A stretch of DNA of 64,000 bases from Candidatus Hydrogenedentota bacterium (GTDB lineage Bacteria > Hydrogenedentota > Hydrogenedentia > Hydrogenedentales > SLHB01): positions 32,001-96,000 of the forward strand of contig BTWA01000008.1 of the NCBI GenBank assembly GCA_045863295.1, given 5' to 3'. The notes beneath the pieces are model-generated. The model ran no database searches. It was not told where the DNA came from and worked only from the letters and a program-made list of their open reading frames with translations. Below are positions 1 to 11,324 of this stretch, piece after piece. Position numbers and translations under genes: made by a program. Each line of letters begins with the position of its first letter. Position 1 is the stretch's first letter.

Positions 1-711
1 GGCGCGGCAATCCTCGAATACATACAGGCGCCGTGCGAATCCACCGTCATGCTGCTGGTCGCCTCGCGCGTCGACCGCCGCCTCAAGCTCTACAAGGCCT
101 GCGAGAAAGCCGGTGCCGTGGTGGAGTGCCCGGAGTTGACCCGACCCGAGGCCGGCGCATGGGCCAAATCGGCCATCCGGGAACGCCACAAAGACATTGA
201 TTCGGCGGCATTGGAAAGCCTGATTGATCGCACCGGAACCCACATGGGCGAGATCAAGAATGCCGTAGAATTGGTCTGCAACTATGTGGGTTCCGAAACG
301 CGTATTCGCGCGGAGGATGTGCAGGCGGCGTGTGCCGACGTGACCGAGGAAGAAGTGTGGACAATGACCGATGCCATCGCCAGTTCCAATACGACGACGG
401 CCGTCGCCGCATTGCGATCTATTCTGGATACGGGCGCTTCGGAATTTGAAGTCATGGGCACGATCAACTGGCTCCTGAAGTCAGCGTGGGCTTCGGGATT
501 CGGGCAGGGCAACGTATCGCCGTACGTCGCCAAAAAAACGAAACCGCTCGCGGACAAACTCGGGCGCGCGAAATTGATTCAGGCGTTTTCCCTGCTCATG
601 GAAGCGGAGATTATGTTACGGTCCACAGGAGTCAATCGGGCGTTGGCTCTGGAAATGCTGGTCATCAAGCTGGCCGCGCCTCGAAAGATGCCGGGCCGGG
701 CTGCCGGATAA
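1..711 (+). CDS. holA: DNA polymerase III delta subunit (5' partial)
   Basis: HolA-like C-terminal part (DRRLKLYK, EEEVWTMTDAI, LEMLVIKL); frame open from the window start. Confidence 0.85.
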   Translation, partial: GAAILEYIQAPCESTVMLLVASRVDRRLKLYKACEKAGAVVECPELTRPEAGAWAKSAIRERHKDIDSAALESLIDRTGTHMGEIKNAVELVCNYVGSETRIRAEDVQAACADVTEEEVWTMTDAIASSNTTTAVAALRSILDTGASEFEVMGTINWLLKSAWASGFGQGNVSPYVAKKTKPLADKLGRAKLIQAFSLLMEAEIMLRSTGVNRALALEMLVIKLAAPRKMPGRAAG

Positions 712-782
712 CGGCGGGATACCCGCCGCTCCGGGCCGACATTGGGAATACTGTCATGTCCATGATTATTCGTAGAACTCCT

Positions 783-1742
783 ATGCGTGTATGGGTGGCC
801 GCGCTCTGCGTTTGGATGTCCGTTACGGCGTGCTCGCCGTCGGCTCCGCCTGATGGCGATGCGGAAGACAGCGCGTCCAAGCCCACCGTCGCGCTGATCA
901 TGAAGTCCCTCGCGAATGAATTCTTCAAGACCATGGAAGAAGGCGCGAAGAAACACAGCGAGGCGAATGCCGACAGCTACACGCTGATTGTGCAGGGTAT
1001 CAAGAACGAACTCGACATCGATCAGCAGATACAGTTGATCGAACAGATGATCGCCCGCAACGTCGATGCGATCGTCATCGCCCCGGCAGACTCCAAGGCC
1101 ATTGTGCCGGTCTGCAAACGGGCCATCGAAGCGGGCATCGTGGTGATCAATATCGACAACAAATTCGACGAGGCGGTCTTGAAGGAGCGCGACGTGAAAA
1201 TTCCGTTCGTGGGCCCTAACAACCGGGAAGGCGCGCGCAAGGTGGGCGAATTCCTGGCCAAGTCGCTGCAATCCGGCGATCCCGTGGCCATCGTGGAAGG
1301 CGCACCCAATGCCTTCAACGCCACGCAACGACGCCTCGGATTCGAAGACGCCATCAACGAAGCCGGCCTGACGCTGGTCACGGCGCAAACGGCAAACTGG
1401 GAAATGGATCAGGCCAATCAGGTCGTGTCCGCAATCGCCACGGAACATCCGGAGGTCAAAGCATACCTCTGCGCAAACGACAACATGGCGCTCGGGGCGG
1501 TCGCCGCACTGAAAGCGGCCAACAAGCTGGAAGCCGTCAGAGTAGTCGGCTTCGACAATATCTCCGCCGTGCAGGATCTGGTCAAGCAGGGGCAGATTCT
1601 GGCCACGGCCGATCAGCACGCCGACCAGTTGGCCGTATTCGGCATCGAACACGCGCTGGCGGTGTTGCGGTCGGGTGAAGCGTTGGACGACCGGGAAACA
1701 CCCGTGGATCTTATCACGGCCGAGTCGCTTCCCGCGCAGTAA
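783..1742 (+). CDS. Sugar (ribose-family) ABC transporter substrate-binding lipoprotein
   Basis: RbsB-like motifs KSLANEFF, AIVIAPADS, ANDNMALGA, VVGFD; lipobox-like VTAC; start uncertain (756 or 783). Confidence 0.85.
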   Translation: MRVWVAALCVWMSVTACSPSAPPDGDAEDSASKPTVALIMKSLANEFFKTMEEGAKKHSEANADSYTLIVQGIKNELDIDQQIQLIEQMIARNVDAIVIAPADSKAIVPVCKRAIEAGIVVINIDNKFDEAVLKERDVKIPFVGPNNREGARKVGEFLAKSLQSGDPVAIVEGAPNAFNATQRRLGFEDAINEAGLTLVTAQTANWEMDQANQVVSAIATEHPEVKAYLCANDNMALGAVAALKAANKLEAVRVVGFDNISAVQDLVKQGQILATADQHADQLAVFGIEHALAVLRSGEALDDRETPVDLITAESLPAQ

Positions 1743-1781
1743 CGCGCCGCACCGAACTGAGAGATCCACGGGGGAGTAATC

Positions 1782-2735
1782 GTGTCGCGACGTGTAACGG
1801 TGATGCGCACCATACTCGACTACGCCGGCTTATTGGCGGTGCTCTTGCTGCTCGTGATCTTTTTTGCCCAAACCACCGATCATTTTTACACCCCCGTAAA
1901 TTTCATCACCATGGCCAATCAAATCCCCGTCGCCGTTCTCATTGCCACGGGAATGACGTTTGTCCTGATCACCGGCGGCATCGACCTCTCGGTCGGCTCC
2001 ATGCTCGCCCTGAGCGGGGCGGTGCTCGGCATCGCCATGGCGGACAAAGGCTACCCCTTGGCAATCGCGGTTCCGGTGGCCATCGGTGTGGGGTTGCTGT
2101 GCGGCGCTGTCAACGGCTGGATCGTCACCCATTGGCCGGTCCCTCCATTCATCGTCACGCTGGGCATGCTCGAAGCCGCGCGCGGCGCCGCCTACTACAT
2201 TTCGGACTCGCAGACGAAATACATCGGTGCCGCCATCGACCCCATAGTCGAGAACGGCGTGTTGGGATTCTCGTTTCCGTTCACCGTGGCACTCGCGACG
2301 GTAGTGGTTGCGCAAATCACCCTCTCCCACACCGCCCTGGGACGCCGCATCTTCGCCGTTGGGTCGAACGAAGAAGCCGCTCGTCTTTCCGGCTTGAACA
2401 TCAAAAACGTGAAACGCGCCGTCTATCTCATCAGCGGGTCGCTCGCCGGGCTCGCTGCCGTCATCCATTGCGCGCGAATGTCGTCCGCCGACCCCAACGC
2501 CGGAAGCGGCTACGAACTCGACGCCATCGCCGCCGTCGTCGTCGGCGGCACCAGCCTCATGGGCGGCCGCGGCTCCGTCATCGGTAGCTTCATCGGCGTC
2601 CTCATCATCGCCGTCCTCGAAAACGGCCTCGCCCAACTCGGCGCCCAAGACCCCACCAAACGCATCATCACCGGCATCGTCATCGTCCTCGCCGTCATCA
2701 TCGACTACTACCGCACCCGCCTGCGAAAGACATAA
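1782..2735 (+). CDS. Sugar ABC transporter permease (RbsC family)
   Basis: GGIDLSVGS, GSNEEAARLSG, YELDAIAAVVVGGTSL motifs; hydrophobic helices. Confidence 0.9.
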   Translation: MSRRVTVMRTILDYAGLLAVLLLLVIFFAQTTDHFYTPVNFITMANQIPVAVLIATGMTFVLITGGIDLSVGSMLALSGAVLGIAMADKGYPLAIAVPVAIGVGLLCGAVNGWIVTHWPVPPFIVTLGMLEAARGAAYYISDSQTKYIGAAIDPIVENGVLGFSFPFTVALATVVVAQITLSHTALGRRIFAVGSNEEAARLSGLNIKNVKRAVYLISGSLAGLAAVIHCARMSSADPNAGSGYELDAIAAVVVGGTSLMGGRGSVIGSFIGVLIIAVLENGLAQLGAQDPTKRIITGIVIVLAVIIDYYRTRLRKT

Positions 2736-2822
2736 GCCCTAAACGGACGCAAACCCATTTCGTCCCACAAGCCCGGCATGGAGGAAAAGCCTCCGGCAAT
2801 ATGCAACACAGTAGGGGATACT

Positions 2823-2864
2823 TTGGACTGCGGTGGTAAAGGCGAGAGCCGTCGACACCGCTTT
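2823..2864. repeat. Intergenic REP-like element (TTGGACTGCG...CGAC.CCGCTTT family), copy 1
   Basis: Shares TTGGACTGCG and CGAC..CGCTTT with 26401-26444; imperfect hairpin. Confidence 0.5.
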
Positions 2865-3116
2865 TGCTCTCGAAGCCAGAAAACCGCTACGCAACAAGCT
2901 AGCCCTCACGTACCGCACAAAGCCAAACGTGCACCCCCTGCCGGTCTTGGCGGGGCTCCGTCACCCCCGCGAAGGGCCCGTCCCAAAAATGTGGCCCGCC
3001 TAAAAAGTGTGGCTCGTTCGAAGGTGCGTGCGGGCCAAAAAATGCGGGTAGGCGGGGTATTGTGCTACAATTTAGGCGATTCTGTCCTAGGCTGGCCTTT
3101 TTTTCGAGAATTTCCA

Positions 3117-4994
3117 ATGCAACGCGATTACGACATCATTGTGGTAGGTGCCGGCCATGCCGGCATTGAGGCGGCCCTCGTGTGCGCGCGATCGGGCCTG
3201 CGCACCGCCATGACCACAATGGACGTCAACACCATCGGCAAAATGAGCTGCAACCCGGCCATCGGCGGCATTGCCAAGGGGCAGGTGGTGCGCGAGATCG
3301 ACGCCCTCGGCGGCGAGATGGCGCGTTGCACGGATCGCACGGGCATTCAGTTCAAGATGCTGAACCGGTCGAAGGGCCCCGCGGTGCATTCGCCGCGGGC
3401 GCAATCAGACCGGCATTGGTATCAGCGGGACATGCAACGGGTCTGCGAATCGCAGGAAAACCTGGCGCTCATTCCCGCGCTGATCGACGATTTCGTGGTG
3501 CGGCAGGACGCCATTGCCGGGGTCATCACCTCCGAGGGCGTGGAAATTTCGGCCCGCGCGGTCATCGTGTGCACGGGCACGTTTCTCGGCGGCAAGCTGC
3601 ACTACGGCATGGAGGATGTGCCCGGCGGGCGCGCGGGAGAAATTCCCGCGCAACGGCTGTCGGATACGTACAAGCGCATCGGCTTTCAGATCAACCGGCA
3701 GAAGACCGGGACCTGCCCTCGCTTGCGAAAGGATACGCTGGATTACGACGCGATGCAGATTCAGCCAGGCGACAATCCGCCTCGGCCGTTTTCCTTTTCC
3801 ACGCCGATGGACACGTTCAATCCGCCGAACGAACCGTGCTGGCTCACCTATACGAACGAGGCCACGCACGACATCATCAAGGCGAACCTCGACCGATCCC
3901 CCATGTTCACCGGCAAGATCGGCGCAACAGGCACGCGCTACTGTCCAAGCATCGAGGACAAGTGCTTCCGCTTCGCGGACAAGGACAGCCACCGCATCTT
4001 CGTGGAACCCGAAGGCCTCGACTCCGACGAGATGTACATCAACGGACTTTCTACAAGTCTTCCAGTCGACGTGCAAGCGGCGATGTTGAAGACAATTCCG
4101 GGCTTGGAGGATGCGGAAATCGTGCGCCCCGGCTATGCCGTCGAATACGATTTCGTGCAGCCCACGGAACTGAAGCCCACGCTGGAAACCAAGCGCGTAC
4201 ACGGCCTGTTTCATGCCGGGCAAATCAACGGTACTTCCGGGTATGAGGAGGCCGGCGGCCAGGGTCTCTATGCCGGTCTGAACGCCATCCGCTACATCCG
4301 AAAGGAAGATCCGCTGATAATTTCGCGCAGCGAAGCGTATATCGGCGTCATGGTGGATGACCTCGTGACGCGCGGCGTGATGGAACCGTACCGCCTCTTT
4401 ACCTCGCGCGCGGAATACCGGTTGCTCTTGCGTCACGAGAACGCCGATCAGCGCCTCGCCCACCACGGCATCGCGGGCGACGCGTTCATCGATCGCGTGC
4501 GCGCAAAACAAAACACGATCAGCGGCGAGATTCTCCGGCTCAAGAGCGTAATGATTACGCCAAGCGACGCGGTGAACACCGATCTCGTCGCCATGGGCTT
4601 CACGCCCATGACCACCGCGCAACCTGCCGCGCAGGTGCTCTGTCGCCCGGAGATGAGCATCGCCGATCTCTGGCGGATTTGTCCGCCGCCCGCCCCAATC
4701 GGGTTTGAGGCCGCGGAGCAAATTGAAATCGAATTGAAATACGAGGGGTACATCCAACGGCAGGAACGCGATCTGGCCAAGTTTCACGCCGCCGAGTCCA
4801 AGCCTATTCCCGAAGCGTTCGACTACCACGCAGTACACGGTCTTCCACGCGAAAGCCGCGAACGCCTTCATCAAATCCAACCCATCAATTTCGGCCAGGC
4901 CGCCCGCATCCCCGGCGTGCGCCCGTGCGACGTCGCCACACTGCATATCGCAGTCGAGAAATGGAATCGGTCCTTGGGCAAACAGTCGGCGTAA
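3117..4994 (+). CDS. mnmG: tRNA uridine 5-carboxymethylaminomethyl modification enzyme MnmG/GidA
   Basis: [42 protein letters not shown] at 3117. Confidence 0.97.
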   Translation: MQRDYDIIVVGAGHAGIEAALVCARSGLRTAMTTMDVNTIGKMSCNPAIGGIAKGQVVREIDALGGEMARCTDRTGIQFKMLNRSKGPAVHSPRAQSDRHWYQRDMQRVCESQENLALIPALIDDFVVRQDAIAGVITSEGVEISARAVIVCTGTFLGGKLHYGMEDVPGGRAGEIPAQRLSDTYKRIGFQINRQKTGTCPRLRKDTLDYDAMQIQPGDNPPRPFSFSTPMDTFNPPNEPCWLTYTNEATHDIIKANLDRSPMFTGKIGATGTRYCPSIEDKCFRFADKDSHRIFVEPEGLDSDEMYINGLSTSLPVDVQAAMLKTIPGLEDAEIVRPGYAVEYDFVQPTELKPTLETKRVHGLFHAGQINGTSGYEEAGGQGLYAGLNAIRYIRKEDPLIISRSEAYIGVMVDDLVTRGVMEPYRLFTSRAEYRLLLRHENADQRLAHHGIAGDAFIDRVRAKQNTISGEILRLKSVMITPSDAVNTDLVAMGFTPMTTAQPAAQVLCRPEMSIADLWRICPPPAPIGFEAAEQIEIELKYEGYIQRQERDLAKFHAAESKPIPEAFDYHAVHGLPRESRERLHQIQPINFGQAARIPGVRPCDVATLHIAVEKWNRSLGKQSA

Positions 4995-5144
4995 GAAAAA
5001 GGCTCAGGCGTTGAAGAGGGAAGTTCCGCTTACCGGCAATCTTGAATCACGCTTTTGGGGGGATGGATAGGAATAGACCAACACAATCGCTTATTCTAAT
5101 GATCCGTGAGAACGTTTACCGTTTCGTTGTTGAGGGGAGAACCC

Positions 5145-6533
5145 ATGAGCTTCATTTCACGCCGGAATTTCATCAAATCATCGGCATTCCTGATTGCGGC
5201 TGCGCAAGCGAAGGCCGCCCAGCCTGCGTCGGCGGGCGGTTTCAAGGCGGGCGTGGCCGTTCGCGATATCACTCCGCACCCGGGCATTCCCATGTGGGGA
5301 TACACGGATCGTGGGGGACCATCCGAGGGCACGCTCGATCCGTTGCACGCCAGGGCGATCGTATTTGAGGTGGAGGAACAGCGCATCGCGTTGGTGTCCA
5401 TGGATACGGGGCGCGTGCCGGTGCCCGATCGCCTGAACCGCATTCGCGAACGCGTGAAGGCGGCCGGTGTCGATCAAGTGGTCTTTGTGGCCACGCATAC
5501 GCACGGCGCACCGGTCATGGAGATCGATTCGCTCCCCCATTTGCCCGCCATGGAGACGGCCTTCGGCGAGTTGATCGAGGAAGCCGCGGGCCGAATCGCA
5601 CCGGTGCAAATCGGCGTGGGCAAGGCCGTGTTCGACATCTCGCACAACCGCCGCAAGATCACGGAAGACGGCAAGTGCGTCATGGTCTGGCGCAACGAAG
5701 AGCGCATTCCCCTTGGTCCCGTCGATCACGAGGCGGTCATCATCAAGATTGAGTCCGAAGACGGCAAACCGCTGGCCGCGCTGGTGCATAATGCCTGTCA
5801 CCCAGTTGTCCTCGCAGGGGACAACCTTCGCTACACGGCGGACTGGCCGGGTGAAATGGCGCGAATCGTGAAAGAGGCATGGGGCGGCGAGTGCATCTTT
5901 ATTCAGGGTGGTTGCGGCAACATCAATCCCTATTTGGACAAGACGCCCATTGCGGAGAGTGGCGTTGAAGCCATGCGCGGCGTGGGTCAGACGTGCGCGT
6001 AAGCGGCGCTCACTGCACTGGCCAATATCAAGACGGCCGTGCCCTCCGCTCCGTCGATCGCATACGCGCACAAAAACATCACGGTCGGCGCGCGCTGGGA
6101 TTTTCAAGACCCTGAACAGCAAAAGGTATTCCTGGAAATCTACGGGGATTTGTTCCGTCCGTACATCAGCGTTTTGACGCCGGATCTGGCGGTGCCCATG
6201 AGCACATTGCTGCTGAACGGTGAAATCGCGATGGTGTTCATGCCCGGCGAGTTCTTCATCCAGCACCAGTTGGAGCTGAAGTCGGATTCGCCGTTGAAGG
6301 GCACGCTGCTTTGCGGATACGCCGACGATTTTCACCTGTACTTCCCCACCATTCGCGATGCCGCGGCCGGCGGGTACGGCGGCGTGGCGGCAACGTATGT
6401 GGGCGTAGGCGCGGCGGAAAAAATGGTCATGGAGGCCCACGTGCAAATCGGCAAGCTGGCGGGACTCCTGCGCGACTTCTGCCGCCTGGAAGATTTTCAG
6501 TTGCTGGAGGCGAAGGCCACCGAGTTCGCGTGA
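5145..6533 (+). pseudogene. Neutral/alkaline ceramidase-like Tat-exported hydrolase interrupted by in-frame TAA at 6000-6002
   Basis: Tat-like SRRNFIK; DPLHARA, ATHTHG, HNACHP, QGGCGNINP; the same frame continues after the stop with MPGEFF and GYADD..YFPT. Confidence 0.7.
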
Positions 6534-6553
6534 AGCCGGGACAAGTCCGGCCG

Positions 6554-7858
6554 CTAGGGCTGGGGCATCAACCGGACAAAGTAGAGGGATCCCACATACT
6601 CGACGCCCAGTTTGACCGGCGATAAAAACGCAATCGCGGGTTCCCCTTCGGCCAACGTCAGTCCAATCCATGATTCGACTGCTTTTTCCGTGTGGGCCAC
6701 GAACTCGGTATCGGTTGGCTTTCGTCCAGCCCGGTGGTCGAAATTGCGCAGGCTGTTCTCTTGCGGAAACCCTATACGAGTCACGCCGTCGGGAGTCAGC
6801 CATTGCACGGAATACAGCCCGGAGTTTTCATTGTAGTATTCCCTCAGCAGGTCCAGCATCGCGGGTTCGTTGGAACGCGACATGCATCCCACAACCTCGG
6901 AACGCTTGGAGAACGCACGAAGCGTATCCCGGCATTGCATGAGTTCGAGATCGGTAAAGGACCGGCGGACCGCCGCCGGATCGCCGGTCAAGACCTGCAC
7001 AAGGCCGATGCGCCACTCGGTCCCGTGGAGCGATACGGTGGTCCAATAGGCGCGCTTGGTTACCGTCTCATCGGATCCGGTGCGGTAGAATTCGTAGGTA
7101 CCGTTGCCGGACTGTGAGCGTAGCACTTGGCGCGTGAAGCGCCGGAGATCGGGAAAGGGATCGTAGAGCGGATCAGTCACGATGTTTCGGCCGACCTCTT
7201 CTTCATCGGGATCGTACAAGGTGAGCCCATCGGTCTGCACGACCCAACTGTCCAGAGGCAACCCCTGCAACCGCGGTTCAACGATGGCGCCGAGAAACGG
7301 AGCCGGTTGCATCAAGACGCTGACCGACCCAAGAAACGAACCGTCCGCACCAATCACCGGCCATTCGAGATCGACGCTGGCCATGCCCTCGATGGCCGTA
7401 AACACCTGACTCAATACGGGACCCTTGCTCTTTCGCACGAGCTTGACCTGTTCCTGATCGCTGATGTCGGCGCCTTCCAGTTGCCGGTACGTTTGCGGCT
7501 CGACGGCCATCATGCGGCCTTCGGCATTAATGGTGGAGCAATCCACGACGTACGGCCTTCCATCGCAAAGCCGGCGCAAAATCTCACGGGTCTCGGGGCT
7601 GTCCAAACCATGGACGGCAATTTGTTTGGAGGCATCGAACAAGGCCTGGTCTATATCGTCGAGCTTGCCTTGAATTTCGGCTTTCAAGGAAAGGAGTGTC
7701 TGAGGGTAGTCGTTCACTTCGGAATCGGAAAAGGGCTCTCGCGTCTGACAAGAGAGGCCCAGGATCGCAACAACCAAGGCGGCCACAGAGCCGGCGCGGC
7801 CCACGCGGGAGCTGATGCTCTCCCGGACCCCATTCGGCCCACACCCAATCAGCCGCAT
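6554..7858 (-). CDS. Extracytoplasmic Cache-domain sensor-like lipoprotein
   Basis: Cache/PDC-like segments (GADISDQEQV, GSFLGSVSVL, LYDPDEEEVGRN); LGLSC lipobox-like; start uncertain. Confidence 0.6.
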   Translation of the reverse strand: MRLIGCGPNGVRESISSRVGRAGSVAALVVAILGLSCQTREPFSDSEVNDYPQTLLSLKAEIQGKLDDIDQALFDASKQIAVHGLDSPETREILRRLCDGRPYVVDCSTINAEGRMMAVEPQTYRQLEGADISDQEQVKLVRKSKGPVLSQVFTAIEGMASVDLEWPVIGADGSFLGSVSVLMQPAPFLGAIVEPRLQGLPLDSWVVQTDGLTLYDPDEEEVGRNIVTDPLYDPFPDLRRFTRQVLRSQSGNGTYEFYRTGSDETVTKRAYWTTVSLHGTEWRIGLVQVLTGDPAAVRRSFTDLELMQCRDTLRAFSKRSEVVGCMSRSNEPAMLDLLREYYNENSGLYSVQWLTPDGVTRIGFPQENSLRNFDHRAGRKPTDTEFVAHTEKAVESWIGLTLAEGEPAIAFLSPVKLGVEYVGSLYFVRLMPQP

Positions 7859-8034
7859 GCCTTTCCCCCTCAATAAGGGCAAGACGCATGGCGCAAGCCC
7901 GTGCAATTCATGGAAAGTATGGCGTCCCAATGCCAGCGGACCGATCAATAGGGTCCTGCATCTGGATTGTATAGAGCGTGCCCCGGACAGGGCAAGCCCG
8001 CGGTGGGGGTTCGCCGTCCGAACGGCGATCGGAA

Positions 8035-9183
8035 TCAGACCGGGTTTGCGACGGCCGGTATTGACGCAACCGGCAAGCGGACAGTAAATGTAGTGCCGAT
8101 GCCCGGCTCGCTGTCCACGGCGATATCGCCGCCGTAGAGTGCGGCCAACTTGCGAAGGATGGAAAGCCCCAAGCCGCTTCCCAGAATGCCGCGGGTCCGA
8201 TCATTCTTGATACGGACGAAATCATGAAACAATTTCGTACATTCGTCTTGGCTCATTCCGATGCCGGTATCCGCCACGCGAATCCGCACGTACTCGCCGT
8301 CGCGATCGACCATCACGTCCACACGGCCGCCAGCTCGATTGTATTTCACCGCGTTCGACAAAAGATTGTTGAATATCATCTCCAGCTCACACAGATCTGC
8401 TTCCATCTGAATGCCGTTGGGCATATGCAGCGTGATTTGAACGTCATGGTCCATCGCGGCGGGTTTCTGCGTCTCTATGGCAGCAATGGCGACGGCTCCA
8501 ACGTCACAGACTTCCACCTTGCGCGTCCGTTCGCCGGATTCGATGCGGGTCATGTCGAGCAAATCGCCGATCATTTTCCGCATGGCCGCCAAGCGGTGCA
8601 CGCTCTGATCCACGATCTTCGCGCGTGACTCCGGCTCGCTGTCGAGAGCCCCCGACTTGATCAGGTTCAGGTATCCTTCCACCGCGTTTATGGGCGCTTT
8701 CAGCTCGTGGGCCAACACCGAAATGAACTCGAAGCGTACGCGCCTGCGTTCCTGGGCCAGCTTCCGGGCTTGTTGAAGCGTCATCCAATGCCGGGCAGCC
8801 TTGGCAACGGTTTCTTTGAGTTCTGCCGGCGAGAACGGTTTCGCCAGGAAGTCGAAGGCCCCTTGCTTGGTGGCACGCACGGCCGCCTCGATGGACGCAT
8901 AGGCCGAAATGACGATCACCAAGGTGTCCAGCTTCATGGGGGCCAGGCGATCCAGCAGATCCAGACCGCTCATGCCGGGCAATTTCAAATCGAGGAGGAG
9001 CAAATCCGGGGGCTGGACTTCAATCAGCTCCAATGCTTTTTCAGCGGACTCCGCCTGGGCAATGCTGAATTGCACTTCGCCGTTCACGTCAGGCGTGGGA
9101 ACCACATGCTTGCGCAGCGCCCGGTCAATGCCCAGCCGCATCCCTTCCTCGTCGTCGCAAACCAACAATCTCAGCGTTTCCAT
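8035..9183 (-). CDS. Hybrid receiver / histidine kinase
   Basis: N-terminal REC (VCDD, DLKLPG, KPF); AHELKAP H-box; NAVKY, DTGIG, GSGLGL. Confidence 0.92.
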   Translation of the reverse strand: METLRLLVCDDEEGMRLGIDRALRKHVVPTPDVNGEVQFSIAQAESAEKALELIEVQPPDLLLLDLKLPGMSGLDLLDRLAPMKLDTLVIVISAYASIEAAVRATKQGAFDFLAKPFSPAELKETVAKAARHWMTLQQARKLAQERRRVRFEFISVLAHELKAPINAVEGYLNLIKSGALDSEPESRAKIVDQSVHRLAAMRKMIGDLLDMTRIESGERTRKVEVCDVGAVAIAAIETQKPAAMDHDVQITLHMPNGIQMEADLCELEMIFNNLLSNAVKYNRAGGRVDVMVDRDGEYVRIRVADTGIGMSQDECTKLFHDFVRIKNDRTRGILGSGLGLSILRKLAALYGGDIAVDSEPGIGTTFTVRLPVASIPAVANPV

Positions 9184-9201
9184 GAGATACTCGTTTTCTG
9201 T

Positions 9202-9600
9202 TTACGTCTTCGCGGCAATCAGCCGCTCAATTTCACGCGTCAATTGTTCAAATCGTACGGGTTTCGCCAGCATGGCATCCGCCTTTACCCAGGACCGTTC
9301 CTCGTCCGTGGCCGCGTCGAATGCCATGCCCGTTTCGTGACCCACGCCGGTACACATGATCACGGGGACATCCCGGTGGTCTTTCTTGATCGAATAGCAA
9401 AGGGCAAAGCCGGAGTCAACGTCTTCCATCATGAGATCGACAATGGCCAGATCGGGTTTCTGCGACGCCAGTAGCTGTTCTGCTTCGGCCCTGCTTCCGG
9501 CCGTGGATACCGAGTAACCGGCCTTTTCCAGCATGAGGCGATGTTGCAGAAGAAAATCGTCGTCATCATCGACCAGGAGAATCTGAAGTTTCTTGTCCAT
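9202..9600 (-). CDS. Single-domain response regulator
   Basis: LLVDDD, DLMME, KPV receiver motifs. Confidence 0.9.
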   Translation of the reverse strand: MDKKLQILLVDDDDDFLLQHRLMLEKAGYSVSTAGSRAEAEQLLASQKPDLAIVDLMMEDVDSGFALCYSIKKDHRDVPVIMCTGVGHETGMAFDAATDEERSWVKADAMLAKPVRFEQLTREIERLIAAKT

Positions 9601-11321
9601 TATTTCATTACCTCGCGCGTGCCGTAGTGCGTGTGGAGCAGCGCATGACTTTTTTCGCCAAGCGGCTCGCCCAGGAAATCAGCATACAATTGTTTCACGG
9701 AATTATTGGCGTGCGCCGTGCGCACCGGTTCGTTCCGATCGATGGCATACAGCGACTGCATCCGCGCCCGCAGCGCCTCGGTGTCCGTGCGGAAGAGTTG
9801 ACCGCCGCCGTTGATGCAGCCGCCGGGACACGTCATGACTTCGATAAAGTGCAAATCGCGGCGCCCCCGCCGCACTTCTTCGAGCAGATCGTGGGCGTTT
9901 TTCAGTCCGCTAACCACGGCGATGCCGAGATCAAGACCGCCCACCTGCAGCCTCATTTCCTTGTGGCCATTAATGCCACGCACGGCTTCCACCTTCAATT
10001 CATCCATGTCCTGTCCAGTAATCAAGTAGTGGGCCGTCCGGATGGCGGCTTCCGTAACACCGCCGGAAGCGCCAAACAGTTTGCCCGCCGTGCTACGTTC
10101 GCCAAACGGCAAGTCCATGGGTTCCGGCTTCAAGGAATTGAAGTCCAGATGACGCATTCGAATCATCTGCACCAATTCGCGCGTAGTCAAGACGGCATCC
10201 ACATCGGGCAATCCGTCGTGCATCATCTCCGGCCGGCCCGATTCGAACTTCTTCGCAATGCAGGGCATGACGGCAACGTCAAACACGTTTCGCGGATCGA
10301 TTCCGTTCTTCTCGGCAAAGTAGGTTTTCAATACAGCCCCAAGCATCTGCTGCGGACTCTTGCACGTGGACAGATTCGGAATAAACTCAGGGTAGAATTG
10401 CTCGACATACTTGATCCAGCCTGGCGAGCAACTGGTCATCAACGGCAATCTCTCGCCTTTTACGATGCGCTTGACCAATTCGCTTGCTTCTTCCATTACG
10501 GTCAGGTCCGCGCTGAAAGAAGTGTCGAACACGTATTCGAATCCGATGCGCCGGAGCGCGGCAGCCATCAATCCGTTTACGTCGGTCCCCGGCTTCAGGC
10601 CGAACGCTTCGCCCAAGGTTATGGAAACGCTCGGCGCGTTTTGGACAACCACGATCTTTTCGGGATCGGCGATGGCTTCCATGACTTCCTTGATATGACT
10701 GCGCTCGGCGAGCGCTCCGGTGGGGCATGCCACAACACATTGCCCGCAGAAGATGCAACTCGAGAGGTTCAGACCGTCTTCAAAAGCCACGGAAATGTGG
10801 GTGTTACTGCCGCGCCCGACAAAGTCGATGGCGCCAATGCCCTGCATCTCTTCGCAGACCCGGACGCATTTTCCGCAGAGAATGCACTTGTCGGGATCGC
10901 GTACCAGCGCCGGGCTGGACAGGTCCTTCTTGTGGTGCCGCTTGCCGCCCGCGTAGCGCCTTGATCGCACGCCGTATTCCGCCGCCAGATCCTGGAGATC
11001 GCATTGGCTGTTGCGATCGCAATACAAACAATCGTCGGGATGATCGGCAAGCAGCAACTCCACGATGGTCTTGCGTGCGCGAAGAGCCCGTTCGCCGTGC
11101 GTCTGTATCTTCATGCCGTCGCGCACCGGGCACGCGCAACTCGGGACGAGATTGGGCGCGCCGGCCACTTCGACAACGCACATACGGCAGGCGCCGCTGG
11201 GAAACATACCTTCCATATGGCACAACGTGGGCACGTGCACATGCGCGCGCCGCAACGCCGTCAGCAACATCTCACCGGATTTCGCCTCGACAGGCCGTCC
11301 GTTTACTTCGATCGTAATCAT
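9600..11321 (-). CDS. hydA: [FeFe]-hydrogenase catalytic subunit (HndD/HydA, group A)
   Basis: H-cluster motifs TSCSPGW, MPCIAKKFE, EVMTCPGGCINGGGQ; N-terminal 2Fe-2S and 4Fe-4S Cys motifs. Confidence 0.95.
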   Translation of the reverse strand: MITIEVNGRPVEAKSGEMLLTALRRAHVHVPTLCHMEGMFPSGACRMCVVEVAGAPNLVPSCACPVRDGMKIQTHGERALRARKTIVELLLADHPDDCLYCDRNSQCDLQDLAAEYGVRSRRYAGGKRHHKKDLSSPALVRDPDKCILCGKCVRVCEEMQGIGAIDFVGRGSNTHISVAFEDGLNLSSCIFCGQCVVACPTGALAERSHIKEVMEAIADPEKIVVVQNAPSVSITLGEAFGLKPGTDVNGLMAAALRRIGFEYVFDTSFSADLTVMEEASELVKRIVKGERLPLMTSCSPGWIKYVEQFYPEFIPNLSTCKSPQQMLGAVLKTYFAEKNGIDPRNVFDVAVMPCIAKKFESGRPEMMHDGLPDVDAVLTTRELVQMIRMRHLDFNSLKPEPMDLPFGERSTAGKLFGASGGVTEAAIRTAHYLITGQDMDELKVEAVRGINGHKEMRLQVGGLDLGIAVVSGLKNAHDLLEEVRRGRRDLHFIEVMTCPGGCINGGGQLFRTDTEALRARMQSLYAIDRNEPVRTAHANNSVKQLYADFLGEPLGEKSHALLHTHYGTREVMK

Positions 11322-11324
11322 GGT

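Noticed and set aside
6000..6002. Selenocysteine/pyrrolysine or alternative genetic code
   Set aside because: The codon is TAA, which ends many genes normally in this window
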